Of a DNA stretch of 64,000 bases, positions 31,096 through 39,403 are shown piece after piece. The stretch is from the IMG/VR virus record IMGVR_UViG_3300044854_000085, positions 1 through 64,000 of that record, one strand, 5' to 3'. The first letter of the stretch is position 1. Every line of letters starts with the position of its first letter. The notes below the pieces were generated by a model, which did no database searches, had not been told where the DNA came from, and was given only the letters and a program-made list of their open reading frames with translations. Source of the stretch: a virus (taxonomy: Duplodnaviria > Caudoviricetes). The translations under genes and the position numbers were made by a program.

Positions 31096-31952
31096 TGCTT
31101 TATAACCTGCCCGAATTCGGAATCAATCTCGCGCCGTGGTTCGATACAGTGTTCGAGAACGATCAGCCCCGCAAGCGCGGCCTGTTCCTCATTGCCGGCC
31201 CGTGCGTGATCGAATCTCACGCGCACGCGAAATACATGGCCATGGCGATTAAACAGATGGCCGCGGCCGCGGGCATTCCGTTCGTGTTCAAGGCGTCTTT
31301 CGATAAGGCCAACCGCACATCGCATGCATCCTATCGCGGGCCTGGTCTGGCGCGCGGGTTGGACATTCTCGACGACATCCGGCGGACGATACACGTGCCG
31401 GTCCTCACCGACGTGCACGAAGCGTTCGAAGCGGGTCCTGTCGCCGATGTAGTCGACATCATCCAGATTCCGGCATTCCTTTGCCGGCAAACCGACGTCG
31501 TTCAAGAGGCGGCGCGGACGGGAAAGATCATCAACGTGAAGAAAGGCCAGTTCCTTTCTCCATGGGACGCGAAAGCGATTGTCGATAAGGCCCGCGCCGT
31601 CGGAAACGATCGCGTGATGCTCACCGAGCGCGGATCCACATTCGGCTACAACAACCTGGTGGTCGACTTCCGATCGCTGCCGATCATGAGCCGGTTCGGT
31701 TGTCCTGTGATTTTCGACGCGACACACAGTTTGCAATTGCCCGGCGGTGAAGGATCGCACTCCGGAGGAACTCCCGAGTTTATTCCCCACCTGGTGCGCG
31801 GTGCCGTGGCCGTCGGCGTTGATGGGGTCTTCATGGAAGTTCACGACCAGCCGGAGAAGGCGCTATCGGACGGAGCCAATGCGTTGAAGCTCGATCGACT
31901 GCCTGCGGTTCTTGCGGAAATGAAACGGATTCACCAATGTTTAAACAGGTAG
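31095..31952 (+). CDS. kdsA: KDO-8-phosphate synthase (2-dehydro-3-deoxyphosphooctonate aldolase)
   Basis: LIAGPCVIES, FKASFDKANRTS, IPAFLCRQTD, NVKKGQFL, TERGSTFGYNNLVVD and FDATHSLQLPGG. Confidence 0.97.
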   Translation: MLYNLPEFGINLAPWFDTVFENDQPRKRGLFLIAGPCVIESHAHAKYMAMAIKQMAAAAGIPFVFKASFDKANRTSHASYRGPGLARGLDILDDIRRTIHVPVLTDVHEAFEAGPVADVVDIIQIPAFLCRQTDVVQEAARTGKIINVKKGQFLSPWDAKAIVDKARAVGNDRVMLTERGSTFGYNNLVVDFRSLPIMSRFGCPVIFDATHSLQLPGGEGSHSGGTPEFIPHLVRGAVAVGVDGVFMEVHDQPEKALSDGANALKLDRLPAVLAEMKRIHQCLNR

Positions 31953-32539
31953 CGCTCAAACCGGCCGACGTGATGCACGCATCGATTGCCGCGATTGCGC
32001 GCGCGGCGCGTGTTGTTCCGCACCTGTACGCGTTCGATATCGTGGCGCACGCGATTGCGACCACCGATCGGACGGTGTTTGTCACCGGCATTGGAAAGTC
32101 CGGAGTCGTCGCCCGCAAGATTGCCGCCACGCTGGCGACATGCCGGATACGCGCGGTATTCGCGGATCCCGGCGCGTTATGGCATGGCGAGCTCGGCTCG
32201 ATCGAGAGCGATGACATCGTCATCATGGTCAGTCACAGCGGCGAGACCGACGAGCTCCTGCGGCTGGTCCCGATTCTCGAGAAGAAACGGTGCATGATCG
32301 CGCCTATCGTCGGTTATCCGTTATCCACGCTCGGCAAGATGCTCTGTTCCATCGCGACTGGAATAGTCGACGAGCCATTCGCGCAGATCCCAACCGCGTC
32401 GGCCGCGGCGGCAACTGCCGTCGGCGATGCGCTCGCCGTAACGGTTGCTCAGTTGAAAGGACTCGATGACGTTTCGCTCGCACCAGAACATCCCGGTGGA
32501 ACTATCGGCCAGACAAACGGTCGATTGGGCCCGCGTTGA
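31937..32539 (+). CDS. kdsD: D-arabinose-5-phosphate isomerase, SIS domain only (no CBS pair)
   Basis: VFVTGIGKSGVVARKIAATL, HGELG, VSHSGETDEL, PTASA...GDALAV and HPGGTIG; ends at 200 aa. Confidence 0.9.
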   Translation: MFKQVALKPADVMHASIAAIARAARVVPHLYAFDIVAHAIATTDRTVFVTGIGKSGVVARKIAATLATCRIRAVFADPGALWHGELGSIESDDIVIMVSHSGETDELLRLVPILEKKRCMIAPIVGYPLSTLGKMLCSIATGIVDEPFAQIPTASAAAATAVGDALAVTVAQLKGLDDVSLAPEHPGGTIGQTNGRLGPR

Positions 32540-33176
32540 AGGTTCTGCTGAAACCGTAATCATCGTCGCGTCCGGTCCGAGCCTGCGGGCATTTCCCTTC
32601 TACCGGCTGCGCGGCCGCGGATTCGTCATTGCCGTGAACAACGCGGCGCGGGCGGTTCCTTTCGCCAATGCATGGGTCACCGTCGACACGATGCGCCTGG
32701 GCGACCGCATCCCCGCGCGGTTCGACGGAACGCGCTACATCGCCGCGCCGGAAGAATTCGGATCTCCGGATGCGCGCTGCCCGTGCGATCGCCACATTCC
32801 GGACTTCGACGTGAAGTACCTGCGGCGGATCGATCAACCGACGCTCGCGGAGGATCCGACGGTTCTGCACGGATTGAATTCCGCGTTCGGCGCTTTGAAT
32901 TTCGCCTATCACCTGCGGCCGCGGCGCATCGTGATGTTCGGCGTGGATGCGAATCGGTTCGAGGCGTACTTCTACGGTCACCGCCAGGCGACACGGAAAC
33001 AGAACCGCGTCATCCAGGATATGCCCGATGTATTTGCCTCGGCCGTTCCCCAACTGGAGGCGGCCGGCATTGAAGTCCTCAATGCGAGCGCAGCGAGCTC
33101 GGTCCGTTGTTTTCCACGGATGGATTCTCAGACGGCACTTAACCGTCTGCGGTCATGGACACCCTTCGCACGATAG
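32466..33176 (+). CDS. DUF115/Maf (GT42-like) putative ulosonic-acid glycosyltransferase 2
   Basis: VIIVASGPSL...FVIAVNNA...LNSAFGALNFAYHLRPRRIVMFGVDA...EVLNAS; paralogue of 30233-30838. Confidence 0.72.
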   Translation: MTFRSHQNIPVELSARQTVDWARVEGSAETVIIVASGPSLRAFPFYRLRGRGFVIAVNNAARAVPFANAWVTVDTMRLGDRIPARFDGTRYIAAPEEFGSPDARCPCDRHIPDFDVKYLRRIDQPTLAEDPTVLHGLNSAFGALNFAYHLRPRRIVMFGVDANRFEAYFYGHRQATRKQNRVIQDMPDVFASAVPQLEAAGIEVLNASAASSVRCFPRMDSQTALNRLRSWTPFAR

Positions 33177-33357
33177 TCCGGAGATCGTCTTCCCACAACA
33201 GGCGCGCGCATTTGGCGCACAGCAATAGGTCGCTGTTCGTTTCCGAATCGTACAAGCGAATGGCGGCTAGTTCTGAACAGTCGCCGTTCAAGTGGGTCTG
33301 ATGGAAGTTGTGCGGACAAGCACAGGTCGGCTCGATCGGAGCCATAACTAGAGTCTT

Positions 33358-33888
33358 ATGGAGTTTCAAATGTTTCGTGGCGATTTTCTCGTAGAACTGA
33401 TCAAAACGCACGGCCTAAAACGCGGCGTCGAGTTGGGTTTGTGGAAAGGCCGGACCTACTTCCACATGCTCGACCGCTGTCCGGAACTGGAGCTGGTGGG
33501 CGTGGATCAGTGGATGTACCACCCGGAGCGCAAGAGCATTCCCGGCGGTGAAACCTACGAACGCTGGAACATGCCGGGCCTGGAAAAGACGGTCCGGACC
33601 CAGGCGAAGAAGTACGGCGATCGCGCCGTGCTGCTCAAATCAGCGACCGTCAGCGCCGCCAAGTACTTCCAGGAAGGTTTTTTCGATTTCGTCTTCATTG
33701 ACGCCGATCACTCGGAAGCCGGCGTGCGCTCCGATATCGAGGCATGGAAACCGAAGGTGCGAGCTGGCGGGTTTCTGACGGGTCACGACATCATGTGGCC
33801 GACCGTGGAGAAGGTTGTCCGCGAGCTGGTGCCCGGCTATCAGCAGAACGGGACCCATAGCGACGCTTGTTGGTACATCCAAATATGA
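33358..33888 (+). CDS. Class I SAM-dependent methyltransferase (Methyltransf_24-like, sugar O-methyltransferase type)
   Basis: GVELGLWKG, LVGVDQW, FDFVFIDADHSEAGVRSDIEAW and GGFLTGHD. Confidence 0.88.
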   Translation: MEFQMFRGDFLVELIKTHGLKRGVELGLWKGRTYFHMLDRCPELELVGVDQWMYHPERKSIPGGETYERWNMPGLEKTVRTQAKKYGDRAVLLKSATVSAAKYFQEGFFDFVFIDADHSEAGVRSDIEAWKPKVRAGGFLTGHDIMWPTVEKVVRELVPGYQQNGTHSDACWYIQI

Positions 33889-34777
33889 ACGAAAAAACAT
33901 CCAAACGCGTGGCTTCCGTTGCCGGACGCATTTCCCGCAGACTCGGCACGCTCAAAGCCATCGAGGACGCCGGAGTGTGGGTTGCAGTATTTCCGGCAGG
34001 AGAAGAGGAGTTGCAGTTCGTCAAAGTGGCGAGCTTGGCCGAACTGAGAGCCATGGCCGCGTCGCTGATGACTCAGGCTCCCGATAAAAAATTATGATTC
34101 GCACCGCATTGACGCCCGAGGACGCCGTGCGCGTTCTCAACGAAGCGCTCGAACTCGACCGCGTCGGGCTATCGCAATTGTTTTTGCGCGCCGCCCCATG
34201 CAACGAAGCGTTGGCGGATCATCCGACCATCCAGGTCGGCACATATCCGAACGGCAGCTTTTACGTGCGGCCGTTGGGTTTGATCAACGGTCTGTTCGGC
34301 GTCGACGAGGAAAGCTATGGACCCATCGCCGCGCAGGTCGAAAACGGTTTGATTCTGAAGTTCGTCACACGGAACTGACGGGTTTGCGGACGATGTGCAT
34401 TGCGCCGTCGTCCGCGGCCGGCCGAACGCGTTCATCATGCGATGCGACGCCTTGGCTGGTGGTTGGGGCGGGCTCTGTACGCATCGGCAGAGCCCGCACC
34501 GCCGAAGGCTTTTGATCCTATGGGCAAGCTACTGTTTTTCAGGAACGCATATTCGGCGCTGCGCGAGGAAGCCAATCGCGTCGTCATTCGGCAGGACGAG
34601 TTTTGCGCGAAGCTCCAGACAGCGATCGATTCCAAAAACCGACGCGCCGTCATAGAAGCTTTTCTTGAATTGAAGCAGAGTGTCGGCCGGTCGAGCGAGC
34701 CCGCAAAGACTTCCGTTGCCGGCTGCCGGCACATCGTGCTCCAGGTCTTGCGCCAGTTGAAGGTGCAAGCGTGTTGA
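33885..34777 (+). CDS. Three small hypothetical ORFs (33885-34097, 34094-34378, ~34400-34777)
   Basis: ATGA couplings within the glycan cluster. Confidence 0.55.
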
Positions 34778-35451
34778 CCGTCGCCTGTGTGATGCGTTCC
34801 GGCGGCGTTTACAACGCCACGCACGTACGCACGCTCGAAGCGATGGTCTCGCGCCATCTGCCGTACCTGGACCGGTTCGTGTGTCTGACCGATTCCGACT
34901 TCCTCGATCCGCATGTCGAATGCATCGGCCTGGTGAACCACTGGCCGGGCTGGTGGTCAAAACTCGAACTGTTCAGCAAGCGGGTGGCTCCGGAAGGCAG
35001 CCGCGTGTTGTATTTCGATCTCGACATGGTGATCACCGGAAGCCTAGTGGAGATCGCAGCCCGGCCCGAGCCGTTCATCGTCAAGAGCGACACGTACCGG
35101 AACGGCATCAAGAGCCCGCGGCATCTGAAGGGACGGCCGGGTTATCAATCGAGCATGATGGCGTGGACGGCCGGCGAGCTCGAATACTTGTATACCGACT
35201 TCGCGCGCACCGCGCCCACGCATATGACCAAACACAAGGCGATCGGCGATCAGGAGTTTTTAGAATTCCACGCCCCGCGTGCGGCATATTGGGACGATGT
35301 GGCGCCGGGCCAGGTGGTCAGTTTCCGTAGACATTGCCGCGAAGGCCTGCCCGCCGATGCACGGGTTGTGGACTTCCACGGCAAAATGAAACCGTGGCTC
35401 GCTGACGACGCCTGGATTGCCGAGCATTACCGGATCGGAGAGAGACTGTGA
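34771..35451 (+). CDS. GT-A fold glycosyltransferase (GT8-like)
   Basis: TVACVMRSGGVY, FVCLTD, GWWSKLELF, DxD in LYFDLDMVI, SSMMAW, GDQEFL and DFHGKMKPW. Confidence 0.85.
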   Translation: MLTVACVMRSGGVYNATHVRTLEAMVSRHLPYLDRFVCLTDSDFLDPHVECIGLVNHWPGWWSKLELFSKRVAPEGSRVLYFDLDMVITGSLVEIAARPEPFIVKSDTYRNGIKSPRHLKGRPGYQSSMMAWTAGELEYLYTDFARTAPTHMTKHKAIGDQEFLEFHAPRAAYWDDVAPGQVVSFRRHCREGLPADARVVDFHGKMKPWLADDAWIAEHYRIGERL

Positions 35452-35623
35452 ACAAACCAGAGACATTCGAACTCCAGATTTCAGCCGTCCGCATTGACGA
35501 AAACAACAAATCGTCGGTCGTCTACAAATCGCGAACTGTCGCGAAGCTCGAGACGCAGGAGCAAGTCGATAGAATCCTCAGCCGCATCGAAGATGTCATC
35601 GCGGATATGACAGGCAGGGCCGC

Positions 35624-35953
35624 ATGAATATTGCGCACTTTCTCACCGAGACGCTCACGCAGGAGCGGAAGACACGCACGTCCAACGGCAAGGGCGGCTT
35701 CACCGAGACGTATCACTCGATCGGCACGGTGAACGGCCGGATCAACGACGCCGGCGGAAGCGAAGTCCACGTCGCCAAGCAGCGGAAGGCGGAAGTCAGT
35801 CACATCGTCTACCTGGATCCGGACACGGATGTGAAGATGGGCGATCGCTTCATCGACTCGCGCGGCCGCGTGTTGCGCGTGACGATCCCGCACGCGGAGA
35901 TCCCGTCGGTGCCGATTTATTCGAAATCGTTCCTCATTGAAACGCAACACTGA
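35624..35953 (+). CDS. Head closure protein (SPP1 gp16-like head-tail joining)
   Basis: TLTQERKTRTSNGKGGFTETY...SHIVYLDPDTDVKMGDRF. Confidence 0.85.
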   Translation: MNIAHFLTETLTQERKTRTSNGKGGFTETYHSIGTVNGRINDAGGSEVHVAKQRKAEVSHIVYLDPDTDVKMGDRFIDSRGRVLRVTIPHAEIPSVPIYSKSFLIETQH

Positions 35954-35969
35954 CAAGCGTTCCACGTGG

Positions 35970-36014
35970 CACATGATAGGTATCATGTGGATTATCATGA
36001 GGCACTTATCATGA
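35970..36014. promoter_or_regulatory. Palindrome plus TATCATG repeats upstream of tRNA-Glu
   Basis: CACATGATA-GG-TATCATGTG (35970-35989); TATCATG again at 35993 and 36008. Confidence 0.5.
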
Positions 36015-36016
36015 TC

Positions 36017-36089
36017 GCGCCGGTCGTCTAGCGGTTAGGACACGGCCCTTTCAAGGCCGGGATCAGGGGTTCGAATCCCCTCCGGCGTA
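36017..36089 (+). tRNA. tRNA-Glu(TTC), phage-encoded, no encoded CCA
   Basis: Cloverleaf: GCGCCGG/CCGGCGT acceptor, GTCTAGCGGTTAGGAC D-arm, CGGCC-CTTTCAA-GGCCG anticodon arm, AGGGG-TTCGAAT-CCCCT T-arm. Confidence 0.93.
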
Positions 36090-36184
36090 TTGTCTTGACG
36101 ATCATCAAGAACATCTGAACGTATATACGTCGATATACGCCGATATACGCTTCCGGAAGTCTTCTCCGACTCTTCTCCGACACA

Positions 36185-36616
36185 TTGAGCAACAACCCGC
36201 AGATCCAGTGGAACTCGGCCGCAATCGTCGCGAAAGTGACGGCACGGGTGGAGAAGAACGTCGAAAAGGCCGCGCTCCTGGTCGAACGCACCGCGATCCG
36301 GAAACTCAGCACCGGCCAACCGGTGCGCCGCACACCAGGCGGCCACCTGGTCGGATTGAATCCGTCGGCGCCCGGTCAACCGCCCCACACGTTAAGCGGC
36401 CGATTGAAGCAAAGCATCACGCACATTGTGGAGAACGTCGGCGGCAAGATCATCGCCTGGATCGGATCCAACGTCGAATACGCCCGCCGTCTGGAGCTCG
36501 GCTTTACGGGCCGAGACCGAGCGGGCCGCAACATCCGCCAAGCGCCGCGGCCGTACTTGCGGCCGTCGGTAACCGAAAACAAGTCTGCGATCGAAACCAT
36601 TCTTCGAGGCAAATAA
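36185..36616 (+). CDS. Tail completion protein (HK97 gp10-like)
   Basis: PSAPGQPPHTLSGRLKQSI, IGSNVEYARRLELG and PRPYLRPS. Confidence 0.88.
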   Translation: MSNNPQIQWNSAAIVAKVTARVEKNVEKAALLVERTAIRKLSTGQPVRRTPGGHLVGLNPSAPGQPPHTLSGRLKQSITHIVENVGGKIIAWIGSNVEYARRLELGFTGRDRAGRNIRQAPRPYLRPSVTENKSAIETILRGK

Positions 36617-36617
36617 G

Positions 36618-37643
36618 GTGAAGACCCTCTTCCAGCGACCCGACCGCATCAACGATCCATTGTATGTCGTGACCATGATTTCGAACCCAGCGCGTTACCG
36701 AGTCCGCTGGAAACACTTCGAGGATTTCGCGAAGCGCTGCGAGGAAGCCGGTGCGATTCTCTATCCCGTTGAAGTCGCCTTCGGCGAGCGCGCGTTTGTT
36801 ATCGATCATCCGAACGTGATCCAGCTTCGAACCTCACACGAACTCTGGCACAAAGAGAACGCCATCAATCTCGGCATCCAACGGCTGCCGCAGGATTGGA
36901 AGTACGTGGCCTGCATCGACGCCGATATCACGTTTGCGCGGCCGGATTGGGCGAACGAAACTATCCATCAGCTCCAGCATTACTCGGTCGTGCAGATGTG
37001 GTCGCAGGCGCAGGACCTGGATCCGGAGCACCAAGCTCTTGTCGAGCAGCGCCTGAGTCTGGCCTATTGCTGGATGCACGGACTGCCGCGCCGTGTGAAT
37101 CACACGAAGGGCGATTATTACGGCTACGAAACCACCGTCTCCGGACAGGGATTCTATTGGCATCCCGGTTATGCGTGGGCATACCGCCGCGACGCGATCG
37201 ACGGATTCGGTGGATTGCTCGACGTGTGCATGCTTGGCGGCGCCGATTATCACATGGCGTACGGCCTGATCGGTGAAATCGAACAGACGATCCAGCGCAA
37301 GACGCTCACAAACTACAACGACATCATTCGACGTTGGGCCGACCGCGCCGATCGCACAGTAAAGCGCAGTGTTGGTTACGTTCCCGGGCTGATCCTTCAC
37401 TCATGGCACGGCGCGAAGGCACACCGCCGATATCGCGATCGCTGGAGCATCTTCGAGCAAGTTCAATATGACCCGTATGCCGATCTCAAGCACGACTGGC
37501 AAGGTCTCTGGCAGCTCACCGATCGCAGTCCGGAATTCCGCCACATGCTGAGCGCTTACTTCAGACAGCGAAACGAAGACAGCGTCGACGTGGATCCGCG
37601 CTGGGCGGCGACAATGCTGAATGCGCCGGGAAAGCAACAATGA
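36618..37643 (+). CDS. GT-A fold glycosyltransferase-like protein
   Basis: LWHKENAINLGI, DxD in VACIDADITF, HPGYAWA, LGGADYHMA and ILHSWHG. Confidence 0.7.
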   Translation: MKTLFQRPDRINDPLYVVTMISNPARYRVRWKHFEDFAKRCEEAGAILYPVEVAFGERAFVIDHPNVIQLRTSHELWHKENAINLGIQRLPQDWKYVACIDADITFARPDWANETIHQLQHYSVVQMWSQAQDLDPEHQALVEQRLSLAYCWMHGLPRRVNHTKGDYYGYETTVSGQGFYWHPGYAWAYRRDAIDGFGGLLDVCMLGGADYHMAYGLIGEIEQTIQRKTLTNYNDIIRRWADRADRTVKRSVGYVPGLILHSWHGAKAHRRYRDRWSIFEQVQYDPYADLKHDWQGLWQLTDRSPEFRHMLSAYFRQRNEDSVDVDPRWAATMLNAPGKQQ

Positions 37644-38086
37644 GCGATGGATTTATCGACCTGGACGCCGCCTTCTACAACCGCATGGCGGGAGATCACA
37701 CGCTCACCGGCCTGCTCGCCAGCTACCCGGACGCGGAGGCAACTAGCGGCGAAATGCCGGCAATCTTCACGGATCGTGAAGTGCCCGAAGACGCGACACT
37801 GCCCTACATCGAAAGCTTCGGCCAGTTATCCGACGTCCCCGACGACGACAAGATCACAGTCGGCCGCGAAGTTCACCGCGACATCTTCTGCTTCACCGAG
37901 CGAGGCCAGACCGACACGCTCAATCAGATCGCCGATCGCGTCAAAACGCTCTTTCATCGTCATGCACTGGAAATCACCGGCGCGACGACGATCAGCGCCT
38001 CGGTTAGCGGTCCGATCCCGGCCGAAACCGATGACACGCTGATCGGCGTGGTTCTCACGGTACGACTGCGCTTTGAGATGAACTAA
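37640..38086 (+). CDS. Tail terminator (DUF3168-like)
   Basis: Position before tail tube; IFTDREVPEDATLPYI, DIF and IADRVKTLFH. Confidence 0.8.
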   Translation: MSDGFIDLDAAFYNRMAGDHTLTGLLASYPDAEATSGEMPAIFTDREVPEDATLPYIESFGQLSDVPDDDKITVGREVHRDIFCFTERGQTDTLNQIADRVKTLFHRHALEITGATTISASVSGPIPAETDDTLIGVVLTVRLRFEMN

Positions 38087-38092
38087 ACCCCG

Positions 38093-38113
38093 GTAGGAGA
38101 ACCCTTCTCCTAC
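38093..38113. repeat. Late-region palindrome copy 2, GTAGGAGAA-CCC-TTCTCCTAC
   Basis: Perfect 9-bp inverted repeat. Confidence 0.85.
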
Positions 38114-38136
38114 TCCGACAATTCAACCCTTTTCCG

Positions 38137-38172
38137 AAAGCCCGGCGGGCTCAACTCGCCGGGCTTTTTTAT
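38137..38172 (+). terminator. Rho-independent terminator before tail tube gene
   Basis: AAAGCCCGGCG-N9-CGCCGGGCTTT followed by T-run. Confidence 0.75.
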
Positions 38173-38197
38173 TTCACATCGATAGGAGAAACCCAAC

Positions 38198-38656
38198 ATG
38201 GCTGGCCAAAACGGCGCAATTGTCCTTCTGAAGGTCAACGTTTCCACTTCCTCTGGAGACGATTTCCAATTCATTGGAGGGCAAACCAACCTTTCCATCA
38301 ACGAAACCACGGCAGAAATCGACGTTTCCGACAAGCTCTCCGGACGCTTGGGTGAACGCGTTCCCGGCCGCGCGAAAGCGAACGTGTCGGTGAACCTGCA
38401 CTTCCTGCGGAGCGATCCGACGATCGTGTACCTCAAGGACAAGTACAGAAACCGCGAACAGATCGAAGTCATGGTCTTCGACCGCGCGAACCTGGACGCC
38501 GTCGACTCGGTGGGCGAAATCACCGGCGACAGCGTCGAATCCGCGAGCGGCATCATCGTCAACTTCAGCGAAACCCATCCCGATCAGGACAAGTCCACAG
38601 TCAGCTTGGAAATCTCGCTGAACAACGACTGGGTCCCTGCTTCGTCTGGCGAGTAG
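38198..38656 (+). CDS. Major tail (tube) protein, TP901-1-like
   Basis: AGQNGAIVLLKV, IGGQTNLSINETTAEIDVSDK; follows the terminator protein. Confidence 0.85.
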   Translation: MAGQNGAIVLLKVNVSTSSGDDFQFIGGQTNLSINETTAEIDVSDKLSGRLGERVPGRAKANVSVNLHFLRSDPTIVYLKDKYRNREQIEVMVFDRANLDAVDSVGEITGDSVESASGIIVNFSETHPDQDKSTVSLEISLNNDWVPASSGE

Positions 38657-38675
38657 ACCCGAAAGGAACCACTAA

Positions 38676-39394
38676 ATGAATCCCGAACGCACGATTGAAA
38701 TCGGCGGCCGCGCCTACCCGCTCCTGTTTTCCACCAACGCTGTCTATCAGCTCGAGCTGAAACTGCGGCAGGACAACATGGGCACGCTCGGATCTTTCCT
38801 CCAGCGTGTTGCTGCGGGACAGGCCGGACCGGTCGAACTCCATTTGTTGCTTTGGGCGTGCATGGAAGGGGGCCGGCGGAAAACCGGCTTCCGTCCGATT
38901 CCCTTCACGCTCGATGAAGTCGGCGATCTGATCGATGACGCCGGCGGTATCGTCACACTGGCTTCCAAACTGAGCGACGCGGTCGCCGCGGCCAGTCCCG
39001 ATTCCAAGGACGACAACTCAAAAAACGAACAGTCGGCGAAGAGTGGGACTGGAAAACGCTCCTCGCCCAGGCGCTCCGCACGGGCATCGGAATCGACGAA
39101 TTCTGGAACCGAAGCTTCGGCGAACTCGAGCTCCTGATTTCCGCCTGGCTGTGGCGGCAGGAACGCGAACGGGACGTCGCCAAAACGATGGCATGGCTGA
39201 CGGCCGCACTCGGCCGGGCATCCCCGATGCCATCGATTGAGAAGCTCCTGGATCACAAACCGCCTCAGGCATCGCTCGAAGAAATCGAGCAGCAGCGCGC
39301 CTTCGAAGACAAGGTGAAGCGCGCATTCATAACCACTGAACAACGACGCGGGCCTCTGAAACGACGGCCTGCCCGCATCCCCTCATCCGCATAA
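38676..39394 (+). CDS. Tail assembly chaperone pair (gpG 38676-39137; gpGT via -1 frameshift at 39020-39026 ending 39394)
   Basis: Slippery heptamer A-AAA-AAC in frame; the -1 frame is open from 39026 to 39394 (EWDWKTLL...IDEFWNRSFGEL...); precedes TMP. Confidence 0.82.
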
Positions 39395-39403
39395 AAACCG
39401 AAC

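Noticed and set aside
31095-32539. kdsA/kdsD as host genes marking a prophage boundary
   Set aside because: They overlap phage-type ORFs and are flanked on both sides by neck genes in one operon; no host LPS context (kdsC, lptC, pyrG) is present.
30233-33176. Reading the DUF115 ORFs as MptE folate/methanopterin enzymes
   Set aside because: No other pterin genes are present; neighbours are KDO and glycosyltransferase genes, and the motifs fit the Maf/GT42 fold.
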